64,000 nt of DNA from Armatimonadota bacterium (GTDB lineage Bacteria; Sysuimicrobiota; Sysuimicrobiia; Sysuimicrobiales; Kaftiobacteriaceae): positions 63,686 to 127,685 of the forward strand of contig JBBIUY010000005.1 in the NCBI GenBank assembly GCA_037440005.1. Reading direction: 5' to 3'. Below are positions 47,936-58,161 of the stretch, piece after piece. The position numbers were made by a program, and so were the translations under genes. Under the pieces are notes generated by a model. That model saw only the letters and a list, made by a program, of their open reading frames with translations. It had not been told where the DNA came from and searched no databases. The first letter of the stretch is position 1. Each line of letters begins with the position of its first letter.

Positions 47936-49885
47936 GTGAAGACGCCGGCGCCGCAGGGCAGGGCGCCCAAAAACACAACGGTGTCCGTCGAGCACTCCCG
48001 GGAGTTCAGCGGACCGTGGTGGCGGTACCCGCCCATGCGGGACGCGCTGGCGTCCGGCGCGGTCATCGCCGTCGCCTGGACCGTCGGCCACCTGGGCGGG
48101 TGGCGTTCCGCCGAGGTGCTCCTGTTCGCGCTGGCCGGGGTGGTCGGGGGGCGCCACTTCCTCCGGGAAGGGATCGCCAGACTCCGCGGGCAGCGGGTGG
48201 TGGGTATCGAGGTGCTGATGGCCGCCGCCGCCCTGGGCGCGGCCGGCCTGGGGCTGTGGGACGAAGCCGCCGTGCTGGTCTTCCTGTACGCCGGCGCCGA
48301 GGCCCTGGAGGAGCTCGCCTACGCCCGCACCCGGTCCGCGATCCGGCGCCTGCTGGCGCTGGCCCCCCAGGACGCCCACGTGCTGCGCGACGGGCAGGAG
48401 GTGGTGGTGCCGGCGGCTCGGCTGCGGCCGGGGGATCGCTGCGTGGTGCGGCCGGGGGAGGCGATCCCCACCGACGGCGTCGTCGTGGACGGGGTCAGCG
48501 CCGTGGACGAGTCGCCGGTCACCGGGGAGTCCCTGCCCGTAGACAAGAGGCCCGGCGACCGGGTGTATGCGGGCGCCGTCAACCGCCACGGGGTGCTGGT
48601 GGTGGAGGTGACCGCCGCGTTCGCCGACAACACCCTGTCCCGCATCATCCACCTGGTGGAAGAGGCCCAGGAACGCAAGGGCCGGCTGCAGTCGGTGATC
48701 GAGCGCTTCGGCCGGCGCTACTCGCCGGCCGTGCTGGCCGCCGCGGCGGCGCTGCTGATCGTCCCGCCGGCATTCGGCCAGCCCTGGATGCCCTGGGCGC
48801 TGCGGGCCGTGGTGCTGCTGGTGGCGGCCGCCCCCTGCGCCCTGGTCATGTCCACGCCCGTGGCCATCGCCGCGGGCATCGCCACCGCCGGGAGGCACGG
48901 GGTGCTGGTCAAGGGCGGCGCGCACCTGGAGGAGCTGGGCCGGGTGCAGGTGGTGGCCTTCGACAAGACCGGCACCCTGACCGCAGGGACGCCCGAGGTC
49001 ACCGATGTGGTCCCCCTCGGAGGCGCCACGTCCTCGGACGTCCTGGTCTTGGCCGCCAGCGTGGAGCGTCTGTCCGAGCACGTGATCGGGGCGGCGGTGG
49101 TGCGCCGGGCGACGGCCCAGGGCGTGCCGCTGGCGGCCGCCGACGACTTCCGGGCGTTGCCGGGGATGGGGGCGCAGGCGCGGGTGGACGGCGCGGTGGC
49201 CACCGTGGGCAGCCTGGCGCTGCTGCGCGGCTGCGGCATCCCGGCGGAGACAGCCTCGGCCGCCGCCGCCCGGCTGGAAGAGCAGGGCAAGACGGTGGTG
49301 GCCGTCGCCCGCGACGGCGTCGTCCTGGGGCTCATCGCGGTGCGCGACCGCATCCGTCCCCACGCCCGGGACGCCCTCCGGGCGCTGCGCCGCCTGGGCG
49401 TCCGCACCCTGATGCTGACCGGCGACAGCGAGCAGACCGCGGCCGCCATCGCCCGGGAACTGGGCATCGACCACGTCCACGCCCGCCTGCGGCCCGAGGA
49501 CAAGGTGCGGATCGTCGAGGGACTGCGGGCGCGGGGCGTGGTGGTGGCCATGGTGGGCGACGGCATCAACGACGCCCCCGCGCTGGCGGCGGCCAGCGTG
49601 GGAATCGCCATGGGGGCGGCGGGGACCGATGCCGCCATCGAAGCCGCCGACGTGGCCCTCATGGCGGACGACCTGCGCCAGGTGGCCTACGCCATCCGCC
49701 TGGGACGGACGGTCCGCTGGATCAGCGCCCAGAACGTGGTCTTCTCGCTGCTGCTTCTCAGCGTCCTGGTCCCCAGCGCGGTGCTCGGCGCCGTGACCGT
49801 GGTGGTGGCCATCGTCGCCCACGAGGTCAGCGAACTGCTGGCTGTGGCCAACGGGCTGCGGGTGGCGAGGTGTCGGCCCGCCTGA
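47936..49885 (+). CDS. P1B-type ATPase, Zn/Cd/Co (CadA-like), no HMA domain
   Basis: [32 protein letters not shown] in the last TM; true start may be 47981 or 48035; TTGACC(47908)-N18-CATAGT upstream. Confidence 0.9.
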   Translation: MKTPAPQGRAPKNTTVSVEHSREFSGPWWRYPPMRDALASGAVIAVAWTVGHLGGWRSAEVLLFALAGVVGGRHFLREGIARLRGQRVVGIEVLMAAAALGAAGLGLWDEAAVLVFLYAGAEALEELAYARTRSAIRRLLALAPQDAHVLRDGQEVVVPAARLRPGDRCVVRPGEAIPTDGVVVDGVSAVDESPVTGESLPVDKRPGDRVYAGAVNRHGVLVVEVTAAFADNTLSRIIHLVEEAQERKGRLQSVIERFGRRYSPAVLAAAAALLIVPPAFGQPWMPWALRAVVLLVAAAPCALVMSTPVAIAAGIATAGRHGVLVKGGAHLEELGRVQVVAFDKTGTLTAGTPEVTDVVPLGGATSSDVLVLAASVERLSEHVIGAAVVRRATAQGVPLAAADDFRALPGMGAQARVDGAVATVGSLALLRGCGIPAETASAAAARLEEQGKTVVAVARDGVVLGLIAVRDRIRPHARDALRALRRLGVRTLMLTGDSEQTAAAIARELGIDHVHARLRPEDKVRIVEGLRARGVVVAMVGDGINDAPALAAASVGIAMGAAGTDAAIEAADVALMADDLRQVAYAIRLGRTVRWISAQNVVFSLLLLSVLVPSAVLGAVTVVVAIVAHEVSELLAVANGLRVARCRPA

Positions 49886-49900
49886 CGGTCGCGGCGGCGG

Positions 49901-50458
49901 TTACAGGAGGCGGGCGCGCACGTCGTCGCCGGCGACCTCCACCAGCGCGCCGGCAGTCACCCCGTCGCCCATGGTGCAGTTGACCACCAGCGTCTGATCG
50001 GCCCGGGCGATGCCGGCGGCCTCGTGCACGTGGCCGCACAGCAGCACCCGCGGCCGCAGCCTGCGCAGTTGCTCCAGCACCGCCCGGGACCCGATGTGGC
50101 GGCCGGACGGCAGGGCGTCCTGCACCCCCCAGGGAGGCTCGTGGGTGACCAGGACGTCGCACGGCTCCGCGCACCGGGGGCCGCCGAAGGCGACGCCCGC
50201 CAGCCGCACGGGTTCGGTGCCGTCCAGCCTGCCCCGCTGGCGGATGCGGGAGGCGGCCGCCGGCCCGTCCATGTTCCCCGGAACGGCCAGGACGGGCACG
50301 GGCAGGTCCAGCAGCTCCAGCACGTCCTCCCCGCGCCCGGCGTGGGTGAGGTCTCCGGGCAGGACCACCACGTCGGGCCGGTGCTCGTCCACCAGGGCCC
50401 GGACCCGCTCCATCCTCTCCCGGTAGCCGTGCAGGTCGGCGCAGGCCAGGATCTTCAC
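49901..50458 (-). CDS. Metallophosphoesterase (Icc-like)
   Basis: ADLHG, GDLT, PGNMD, VTHEPP, CGHVHE. Confidence 0.9.
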   Translation of the reverse strand: MKILACADLHGYRERMERVRALVDEHRPDVVVLPGDLTHAGRGEDVLELLDLPVPVLAVPGNMDGPAAASRIRQRGRLDGTEPVRLAGVAFGGPRCAEPCDVLVTHEPPWGVQDALPSGRHIGSRAVLEQLRRLRPRVLLCGHVHEAAGIARADQTLVVNCTMGDGVTAGALVEVAGDDVRARLL

Positions 50459-50775
50459 ACAAGACCCCTGACCGATTATAGCAGCGCCTCAGAGCGGCGC
50501 CGCCTTTCGGCCCGTCCAACGCCCGCGGGCATAATTGCCCGCCCCGTCGACGACCCATGGGGATCATCGAACGTTCGATAGGCAGGGGGAGATCCGGACC
50601 GACGTGCGTCAGCAGGTCTCTTGGGTCATCGGCCCGGTGCTCATCGCCGTGCTCGTCCCGATCGCCCTGCGGTTTCGTCCCTCGTCAGTAGCCGCCTCCA
50701 CGCCACCGGCTCAGGGCCCGCGCGGCTCAACGATCGTGATGTCCCCGTCCACCGTGGGAGCGCGCGCGGTGGCCG

Positions 50776-51792
50776 TCACTCGAGGCGGCGGACGTACAGG
50801 CCCGCCGGGTTCGTGCCCAGCACCACCCGGGTGACGACCTTTCCGGTGCGGAGGTCCAGCACCGCCAGCGCGCCCTCCCGCGACACCGTGGCGTAGACGA
50901 ACGTGCCGGCGGGGTGCACGCCGACGCGGTCCGGGTTGCTTCCGACCCGCGCCCGCCACACCTCCCGGAAGGTCTTCGTGTCGTGGGCCAGCACGATGAC
51001 GTCGGCGGCGTGGCCGGTGAAGTGCAGCGAGCCGTCGGGGCTGAACGTCCCGATGATCGGCGTCCGCCCGGTGGGGATTTTCCGGATCACGTCCAGCGTC
51101 CGGGGGTTCAGCACGGTGATGCTGTTGCCCGTGCGCTCCTGCACCCACAGCTGGCGGCCGTCGGGGGACGTGGTCAGCATGAAGGGGCGGGTTCCCTCAA
51201 AGGCGCGGCGGGCCACCACCTGCAGGGTGCGCGGGTCCACGGCCAGCACGGTGTTGCCGGTGTCGGTGGGCACCAGGACCCGCTCCAGCGCCCCGGGAGC
51301 GGCGTCCACGTCGCAGGCCACGCCCCCGTCCACCGGCAGCGGCACCACCTGCAGCAGGGTGGCGGTGCGGGCGTCCAGGACCGCCATCTCGCCCGAAGCG
51401 TGCTTGCTGACGAACACCCGCCCGTCCCGGGTGGCCTTGCCGATGTACAGGGTGGTGCGGTCCGTGCCCAGGGGCACCCGCCGGGCGATCTGCAGGGTGT
51501 TCACATCCAGCAGCACCACCTCCACCTGGTCGGTGGCGGGGGAGCGCCGGCCCAGCCACAGGTGGGTGCCGTCGAAGTAGTTGTTGTCGTCGTTCCACGT
51601 CCACACCCACGTCCCGGCGTCGGAGAGGTCCGCCGTCCGCACGACCTGGTGGGTTTGGCCGTCCACCACCACCACGTGGGGGGCGCTGTTACTCAGGACC
51701 AGGATCTGGGCCCGCGGCCGGCCGGCGGCCGCCGGGGCCGCGGCGGCCAGCGCCAGGGCCGCCAGCCCGGCCGCCCACAGGCGCGTTCTCAT
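50776..51792 (-). CDS. Secreted YncE/YVTN-type beta-propeller protein
   Basis: Signal peptide; repeats TTSPDG, TFSPDG, VGSNP, LGTNP. Confidence 0.8.
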   Translation of the reverse strand: MRTRLWAAGLAALALAAAAPAAAGRPRAQILVLSNSAPHVVVVDGQTHQVVRTADLSDAGTWVWTWNDDNNYFDGTHLWLGRRSPATDQVEVVLLDVNTLQIARRVPLGTDRTTLYIGKATRDGRVFVSKHASGEMAVLDARTATLLQVVPLPVDGGVACDVDAAPGALERVLVPTDTGNTVLAVDPRTLQVVARRAFEGTRPFMLTTSPDGRQLWVQERTGNSITVLNPRTLDVIRKIPTGRTPIIGTFSPDGSLHFTGHAADVIVLAHDTKTFREVWRARVGSNPDRVGVHPAGTFVYATVSREGALAVLDLRTGKVVTRVVLGTNPAGLYVRRLE

Positions 51793-52031
51793 CGGGAGCT
51801 CACCTCCTGAGCCTGCCGGCGCAGGCGGATCCGCCACTCGCCGCTGCCGGCGGCTTCCACCGTCATCGCAAATCCCAGGCGCACCGCGGCCATGCGGATG
51901 GTGTCGATGGCCGGCGGGTGGTCCACCAGCACCTCCAGCTCCTCGCCTTCCGGGAGGCTCTGCATCGCCTCCATGGCCTTCTTCATCGGATACGGGCAGA
52001 TCTCGCCCCGCACGTCCAGGAACATGGTCAC
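51789..52031 (-). CDS. TusA/SirA-family sulfur carrier (YeeD/YedF-like)
   Basis: LDVRGEICPYP, LEVLVDHPPA. Confidence 0.9.
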   Translation of the reverse strand: MTMFLDVRGEICPYPMKKAMEAMQSLPEGEELEVLVDHPPAIDTIRMAAVRLGFAMTVEAAGSGEWRIRLRRQAQEVSSR

Positions 52032-52035
52032 CTCC

Positions 52036-53253
52036 TCAGGGAATCTTCTCCAGCAGGCGTACTCCCGCCCACGCCCCCAGGGCCAGGGAGGCGGCGAACA
52101 CCCACCCGTTGAGGGCCAGGGACGGGATGGCGGAAAAGAACGCCCCGACGGTGCAGCCCAGGGCCAGTCCGGCCCCGTAGCCCATCAGGACCCCTCCGCC
52201 CAGGGACTGGACGTACCGGGCGGGAGCCCGGGGGATGCGCACTTTGAACTCGCGGGCCAGCAGGGACGCCGTCAGAGACCCCGCCACCAGCCCCGCGTTG
52301 AGCAGCAGCCCGTGGGTCAGCACGCCTCCGCCGACGGTCAGCGCGCACGCCGACAGCTCGTCGACCCCTTCCAGGGCGGGCGGGGCCAGGCCCACCAGGC
52401 CGGCCGCCGCGTTGGCCCACCGGGACAGCTCGCCGACGATCCGCCACGGCATGTGGGCGGTGTAGCTCAACACGTTCAGCCCGCCCAGCACGGCGCCTCC
52501 CACCGTCGCCGGCCACCCGCGGCCGACGACCGCCTCCGCCAGCGCCCGCACCGCCTCCGGGAATGTCCGGGCCCCCGCCGGCGGCGGAACGTCCCCCACG
52601 CTCCCGCCCGGGGACTCCACCCACAGCACCAGGAGGTAGGCGGCCAGCAGCAGCCCCAGCGTCAGCAGCACGGCTCCGCCGTAGCCCAGCGTCCGCGGAA
52701 ACCACACCACCGGCGCCGGGCGGATGACGCGGTCCCACCACCAGTTCCAGCTGTGGCTGACCAGGACCAGCCCGACCAGGATGCCGCCCAGGCTGACCCA
52801 CGACGCCACGTAGCCCTCTCCCATTCGGTACAGCGATCCGGAGGTGCACCCGCCGGCGAGCACCATGCCCGTGCCGAACAGGACCCCTCCGATCACCAGG
52901 GCGGCGCTGAGGGGGACGGCGTGGGCCTCGGGCGCCACGGGCCCCAGCCAGGGGTTGGGCATGAGGGTGTACATGTGCAGGCCGAATCCCACCGTGGCGA
53001 CCGCCATCCCCACGATCACGCCCTTCATGGTCCGCCCCGAGCGGAACTGGATCAGGTCCCGGAACGCCGAGTTGATGCAGAACCGGCTGCGCTGCAGCGC
53101 CATCCCGAATCCCACCCCCAGGACGGCGAAGATCCCGAACTGGCCGTCGGTCCTGCTGACGACAGCCACCACGGCCGACAGGCCCGCCAGCAGCGCCAGG
53201 CCGGCGGCCGTCTGGGGGTGCACTCGCAGCCGGCGAGGGATGCCCTCGATCAC
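52036..53253 (-). CDS. YeeE/YedE family sulfur (thiosulfate) transporter
   Basis: QRSRFCINSAFRD, GMVLAGGCTSGSLYR, MGYGAGLALGCTVG. Confidence 0.9.
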   Translation of the reverse strand: MIEGIPRRLRVHPQTAAGLALLAGLSAVVAVVSRTDGQFGIFAVLGVGFGMALQRSRFCINSAFRDLIQFRSGRTMKGVIVGMAVATVGFGLHMYTLMPNPWLGPVAPEAHAVPLSAALVIGGVLFGTGMVLAGGCTSGSLYRMGEGYVASWVSLGGILVGLVLVSHSWNWWWDRVIRPAPVVWFPRTLGYGGAVLLTLGLLLAAYLLVLWVESPGGSVGDVPPPAGARTFPEAVRALAEAVVGRGWPATVGGAVLGGLNVLSYTAHMPWRIVGELSRWANAAAGLVGLAPPALEGVDELSACALTVGGGVLTHGLLLNAGLVAGSLTASLLAREFKVRIPRAPARYVQSLGGGVLMGYGAGLALGCTVGAFFSAIPSLALNGWVFAASLALGAWAGVRLLEKIP

Positions 53254-53487
53254 GGCGTCCTCCCTCCAGGATGGACGGTGCTGAGTGAAAACGCAGGCCC
53301 GGCCCCCGGGGGGCCGGTGGGGCAGCGGGGGCGTCAGCCCCCGCGGGGGCAGATGCAATCGCGCGGCAGGGGAAACAGGTGCATCGTTACCGCTTAGGAT
53401 ACGCACGCCGGCCGGAGCTGGCAAGGGGGTGGGGGCTGTCCTCCAGTCCCGGAAAGTGGTATAGTGCACTCGACAACTGCACACGGG

Positions 53488-53610
53488 CTGTTCCGGGGGA
53501 GCTCGGGCGAACCGGGCTGAGAGGGCGCCTGGGTCCGCGTTGGTCACGGACGCGGGCGGCGGCGCCGACCCTTCGCACCCGATCCAGGTAATACTGGCGT
53601 GGGGAGGGCA
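53488..53610 (+). ncRNA. TPP riboswitch (THI element)
   Basis: GGGG...GCTGAGAG...GACCC...ACCCGAT-CCAGGTAATACTGG-CGTGGG conserved elements upstream of thiW; TATAGT -10 at 53460. Confidence 0.92.
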
Positions 53611-53697
53611 TGGAGGTGGCCGCCGGCCTGGGGATCGGGCCGGCGGCCGTTGCTCGTCTTGCGGAGCCTTCCGGACGCGGCCTTGGGGGAGGCGGTG

Positions 53698-54213
53698 ATG
53701 CGCACGCGGGTGCTGGTGCTGGCGGCGTTCTTCGCCGCGCTGCCGGTGGTCCTGTCCTTCGTCCCGGGGGCGATCCCCGCGGCGGGGGCCAGGCTACTCC
53801 CCTGGCAGCACATGACCAACGTGCTGGCCGGCGTGCTGGTCGGGCCGTGGTACGCGTCCCTGGCGGCCACGGTGGCGGCGGTGCTGCGCAACCTGCTGGG
53901 CGTGGGCACGCCCCTGGCGTTTCCGGGCGGCATCCCGGGCGCCCTGGTGGTCGGGCTGGCCTACCGCGTCTGGCGGCGGCCGTGGGTCGGCCTGCTGGAA
54001 CCCCTGGGCACCGGCCCGGTCGGCGCCACCCTCGGCGCGCTGATCGTCGCGCCGGCGGTGATGGGCAAGGCCATCCCGCTGGCCACGCTCCAGTCCCTGT
54101 TCCTGGCCAGCTCCATCCCCGGGGCAGTTCTGGGCGTCCTGCTGCTGAAGGTCCTGGAACGCGCCGGGGCGCTGCGGTGGGTGGGGCAGGAGGGGCTGTC
54201 CCATGGCCGTTGA
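53698..54213 (+). CDS. thiW: ECF transporter S component ThiW
   Basis: PWQHMTNVLAGVLVGPWY, LRNLLGVGTPLAFPG, EPLGTG. Confidence 0.9.
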   Translation: MRTRVLVLAAFFAALPVVLSFVPGAIPAAGARLLPWQHMTNVLAGVLVGPWYASLAATVAAVLRNLLGVGTPLAFPGGIPGALVVGLAYRVWRRPWVGLLEPLGTGPVGATLGALIVAPAVMGKAIPLATLQSLFLASSIPGAVLGVLLLKVLERAGALRWVGQEGLSHGR

Positions 54214-55627
54214 GGCCGTGGGGCGGCCGCGGACCCAGGCGCCGCCGGAGTGGGGCATCACGCCGGTTCCTCCCCACGCCCGGATCCTGGGAGGTGTCGA
54301 CTACTTTGCCTTGTGGTCGAGCCTGGGGGTGGGGTTGCTGGTGCTGCTGGCCGGGACCCTGCTGGTGCCGGGTCTGGGGCTGGGCCCGGCCCTGGGCGCC
54401 ATCGTGCTGGGCACGCTGGTCGGCAACCTGCTGCTGGCCCTGACGGGGGTGATCGGCAGCGAGACCGCCGTCCCCACCATGGTGCTGTTGCGCCCTCCGC
54501 TGGGGATTCGCGGGTCCTACCTGCCCACGGTGTTGAACATCGTCCAGCTCGTGGGCTGGGGCGCGTTTGAGATCTTCATCATGGCCCGGGCCGCCGACGG
54601 CATCACCGGGACTGTGTTCGGCTACCGGAACTTTCCCCTGTGGGCCGTGCTCGTCGCCGCCGTCTGCACGCTCATGGCCGTCGGCGGGCCGCTGGTGGTG
54701 GTCCGCCGCTGGCTGGAGCGGTTCGCCATCTGGGGCGTCTACGCCACCACCGTCTACCTGACCGGGTACCTCCTCACCCACTACGACGTCCGGGCCCTGC
54801 TGGCCCGACCCGGCGACGGGAGCCTGTCCTTCTGGCTGGGCGTCGACCTGGTGGTGGCGATGCCGGTGTCCTGGCTGCCCCTGGTGGCCGACTACAACCG
54901 GTTCGCCCGCCGCCCGGGCGGGGCGTTCTGGGGCACCTACGCCGGCTACTTCGTGGCCAACGTGTGGTTCTACGGCCTGGGGGCGCTGTCGGTGCTGGCG
55001 CTGCAGACCGCCGACCTGGTCCCGGCCATCATGAGCGTGGCGGGCGGGTGGCTGGCCCTGCTGCTGTTGCTGGTGGACGAGACCGACAACGCCTTCGCCA
55101 ACATCTACTCCACGGCCGTCAGCATTCAGAACATCGTCCCCGCCGCCTCCCAGCGCTGGCTGGCCGTGCTGGTGGGGGCGGTGTGCGCGCTCGTGGCCGT
55201 CAACGTGGACGTGGTGCGGTACGAGGGCTTCCTGTTCCTCATCGGCGCCTTCTTCGTCCCCCTGGCCGGCGTCCTGGCGGCGGACTACTTCCTGATCCGC
55301 CGGCGGCGCTACGACCCGGACGCCCTGTACCGCCCCCGCGGGCCGTACTGGTACCGGGGCGGGGTCTGCTGGCCCGCGGTGGCCGCGTGGCTGGCGGGAT
55401 TTTTCGTCTACCAGTGGATCGTCCCGACCCAGATCCCGGGCTGGACAGCCGCCCTCGGCTCCGCCGCCGCCGCCCTGGGCCTGCCGTTTCCGCTCAGCGC
55501 CCGCTACCCGTGGCTGGGGGCGTCGGTGCCCAGCGTCCTGGTGTCGGCCGCCCTGTACGTGCTGGTGACCGGGCTGGGACGCCGCATGGGAGGAGGTCGC
55601 CGTGCCCCGACATCCGCGGCAGGATGA
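54203..55627 (+). CDS. cytX: Hydroxymethylpyrimidine transporter CytX (NCS1 family)
   Basis: LWSSLGVGLLV, AMPVSWLPLVADY, DETDNAFANIYS. Confidence 0.88.
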   Translation: MAVEAVGRPRTQAPPEWGITPVPPHARILGGVDYFALWSSLGVGLLVLLAGTLLVPGLGLGPALGAIVLGTLVGNLLLALTGVIGSETAVPTMVLLRPPLGIRGSYLPTVLNIVQLVGWGAFEIFIMARAADGITGTVFGYRNFPLWAVLVAAVCTLMAVGGPLVVVRRWLERFAIWGVYATTVYLTGYLLTHYDVRALLARPGDGSLSFWLGVDLVVAMPVSWLPLVADYNRFARRPGGAFWGTYAGYFVANVWFYGLGALSVLALQTADLVPAIMSVAGGWLALLLLLVDETDNAFANIYSTAVSIQNIVPAASQRWLAVLVGAVCALVAVNVDVVRYEGFLFLIGAFFVPLAGVLAADYFLIRRRRYDPDALYRPRGPYWYRGGVCWPAVAAWLAGFFVYQWIVPTQIPGWTAALGSAAAALGLPFPLSARYPWLGASVPSVLVSAALYVLVTGLGRRMGGGRRAPTSAAG

Positions 55628-56498
55628 GCGTCTGAGGGAGCGGGCCGCCGACCTGCTGGCCGTCCTGCGCCAGCGCCGGCCCGTCGTGCACCACCTGGCC
55701 AACCTGGTCACCGCGGCCGACGTGGCGGCCGCCACCCGGGCGGTGGGCGCCATGCCCATCATGGCCATGAGCCCGGCGGAGGTGGACGAGGTCACCGCGT
55801 CCGCCGACGTGCTGGTCGTCAGCCTGGGCACCCCCACCGTCGAGAGGGTGCAGGCCATCGAGCAGGCGGTCCGGGTCGCCCGCCGGCGCGGGGTCGCCAC
55901 CGTCATCGATCCCGTGGGTGCCGGTGCCTCCGGATGGCGGACCCAGGCGGCCCGTCAGGTCCTGGCCGCGGCGTCGTGGCCGGTGGTCCGCGCCAACCCG
56001 GCCGAGGCCCAGGCGCTGGTCGGGTCGGCCGGCCGCCGCTTTTCTGCCCTGCGGGGCGTGGAGGCGGCGCGGACGTACACGGTGGAGGAGATGCGGCACC
56101 TGGGCGCCGCCCTGGTGCGCAGCGGCGGGGTGGCCGCGCTGACGGGGCCGCAGGACGTGGTGACCGACGGCGCGCGGGTCCTGGTGGTCGCAAACGGCCA
56201 CCCCTGGCTGGCGGCGATGCCCGGGGCGGGATGCATGGCCACCGCCGTGGTGGGCGCCTTTGTGGGGGTGGCCGACCGGGCCGACTTTCTGACCGCGGCG
56301 GCCGCGGGCCTCAGCTGCTTTGGGGTGGCCGCCGAGGAGGCCGCCCGGCGGGCCGGAGGTCCGGGTACGCTCAGGCCGCTGGTGGTGGACGCGCTGACCG
56401 CCCTGACGCCGCAGGCGCTGGCCGACCGCATGCGGGTGCAGGTCCTCGCCCCCGGGCCGGCGCGGGCATCCCCCCGGCGGCGGAGAAGCCGGCGGTAG
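55602..56498 (+). CDS. thiM: Hydroxyethylthiazole kinase
   Basis: PVVHHLANLV, GAMPIMA, IDPVGAGAS, NGHPWL...GAGCM. Confidence 0.92.
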   Translation: MPRHPRQDERLRERAADLLAVLRQRRPVVHHLANLVTAADVAAATRAVGAMPIMAMSPAEVDEVTASADVLVVSLGTPTVERVQAIEQAVRVARRRGVATVIDPVGAGASGWRTQAARQVLAAASWPVVRANPAEAQALVGSAGRRFSALRGVEAARTYTVEEMRHLGAALVRSGGVAALTGPQDVVTDGARVLVVANGHPWLAAMPGAGCMATAVVGAFVGVADRADFLTAAAAGLSCFGVAAEEAARRAGGPGTLRPLVVDALTALTPQALADRMRVQVLAPGPARASPRRRRSRR

Positions 56499-56526
56499 CC
56501 GCGGGAGCGCAGCGGAGGCGGCCGCC

Positions 56527-57168
56527 ATGGTGGACTACAGCCTGTGCGTCATCACCTCCGCCGACGTCGCCGGCCGCACCCACGAGGAGGTGGCGGCGGC
56601 GGCCCTGGCCGGAGGCGCCACGATCCTGCAGCTGCGGGACAAGCGGATGTCCGCGGCCTCCCTGTACCAGGTGGCGTGCCGCCTGCGGGAGCTCACCCGC
56701 CGGGCCGGCGTGCCGCTGATCGTCAACGACCGGGTGGACGTGGCCCTGGCCGCCGACGCCGACGGCGTGCACCTGGGTCCGGACGACCTGCCGCTTGGGG
56801 CGGCGCGGAAGGTGCTGGGCCCGCGCCGGATCATCGGCGCGTCGGTGGACACGGTGGCCCAGGCGATCCGCGCCGAACACGACGGAGCGGACTACCTGGG
56901 CGTAGGCCCGGTCTTTCCCACCGCCACCAAGGCCGACGCCGGCGCCCCGGTGGGCGTGGAGAGGGTGGCGGCCATCGTGCGGGCGGTGGGGATTCCGGTG
57001 GTCGGCATCGGGGGGATCACCCCGGCCAACGCGGCGGAGGTGATCCGGGCCGGAGCGGCGGGGGTGGCGGTGATCTCGGCGGTGGCGGCGGCGGCGGACA
57101 TGGCGGCCGCCGCCCGGGCGCTGCTGGAGGCCGTGCGTGCGGGACGAGCGGGCCGCGCGGTTGCGTGA
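56527..57168 (+). CDS. thiE: Thiamine-phosphate synthase
   Basis: QLRDK, IVNDRVD, GVHLG, GPVFPTATK, IGGI. Confidence 0.95.
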   Translation: MVDYSLCVITSADVAGRTHEEVAAAALAGGATILQLRDKRMSAASLYQVACRLRELTRRAGVPLIVNDRVDVALAADADGVHLGPDDLPLGAARKVLGPRRIIGASVDTVAQAIRAEHDGADYLGVGPVFPTATKADAGAPVGVERVAAIVRAVGIPVVGIGGITPANAAEVIRAGAAGVAVISAVAAAADMAAAARALLEAVRAGRAGRAVA

Positions 57169-58150
57169 CGCGGGCGAAGACCGCATCGTGGAGACGATCC
57201 GCCGGATCGTCCCGAACCGGGTCCGGGACGTCGTGGTGGGGATCGGCGACGACGCGGCCGTCCTGGAGGGCCCTCCCGGCCGGCACCTGGTGCTGACCGT
57301 GGACGGCCTGGTGGAGGGGGTCCACTTCCGGCGGGCGTGGGCCGCCGCCGACGTGGGGTACAAGGCGCTGGCGGTCGCCGTCTCCGACGTGGCCGCCATG
57401 GGCGGGGTGCCGCGCCACGCGGTGGTCTCGGTGGTCGCCCCGCCGGACCTGCCCCTGCGGTGGGTCGAGGACCTCTACCGCGGCCTGGGCGAGGCGGGAG
57501 AGGAGTTCGCCGTCGGAGTGGTGGGCGGGAACCTGGCGCGCACCGACGGTCCCGTGGTGGTGGACGTGGCGGTCCTGGGCGAGGTGGAGCCCGAACTGTG
57601 CCTGCGGCGCGGCGGGGCCCGCCCCGGGGATGCGGTGGTGGTGACCGGAACCCTGGGCCGGTCCCGCGGAGGGCTGCTGGTGCTCGAGCGGGGCGTCCGG
57701 GACCCCCGGTGGGAGCCCCTGGTGCGCGCGCACCTGCGCCCGCGGCCGCGGCTAGCGGAGGCGCGGATCGTCGCCCTCTCCCGGACGGCGTCGGCGATGA
57801 TGGACATCTCCGACGGCCTGGCGGTGGACCTGACCCGGATGTGCGCCGCATCGGGGGTGGGGGTGCGCCTGGACGCCTCGGCCGTGCCGGTGGACCCCGA
57901 CCTGGCGGCGCTGGCGGACCGGCTCGGGGAGGACCCCCTGGCCCTGGCGCTGGCCGGCGGGGAGGACTACGAGCTGCTGGCGGCGGTCCCGGCGGAGTCG
58001 GCCCCGGCGCTGGCGCAGCGCCTGCGGGACGAGACGGGGACCGCGGCGGCGGTGGTCGGCGTTTTCACCCCGCCCGATGACGGGCGGACGGTGCGGCGGG
58101 AGGGCGCCTGGCGTCCCCTGGAGGCGGCGGGGTGGGATCACTACCGGTGA
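57137..58150 (+). CDS. thiL: Thiamine-monophosphate kinase
   Basis: GIGDDAA, EGVHF, SDVAAMGG, MDISDGL, GGEDYEL, GWDH. Confidence 0.95.
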   Translation: MRDERAARLRDAGEDRIVETIRRIVPNRVRDVVVGIGDDAAVLEGPPGRHLVLTVDGLVEGVHFRRAWAAADVGYKALAVAVSDVAAMGGVPRHAVVSVVAPPDLPLRWVEDLYRGLGEAGEEFAVGVVGGNLARTDGPVVVDVAVLGEVEPELCLRRGGARPGDAVVVTGTLGRSRGGLLVLERGVRDPRWEPLVRAHLRPRPRLAEARIVALSRTASAMMDISDGLAVDLTRMCAASGVGVRLDASAVPVDPDLAALADRLGEDPLALALAGGEDYELLAAVPAESAPALAQRLRDETGTAAAVVGVFTPPDDGRTVRREGAWRPLEAAGWDHYR

Positions 58151-58161
58151 AGGAGGAGACC

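Noticed and set aside
13084..50458. Mobile genomic island or mer transposon boundaries
   Set aside because: No integrase, transposase, tRNA or terminal repeats seen, and no obvious composition shift by eye.
50566..50579. LexA (Cheo) SOS box
   Set aside because: GAAC and GTTC are adjacent, with no 4-nt spacer as required by GAAC-N4-GTTC.
50535..50834. 99-aa plus-strand ORF with one hydrophobic stretch
   Set aside because: Weak start, no recognisable family, and it overlaps the 3' end of the propeller gene; not called as a CDS.
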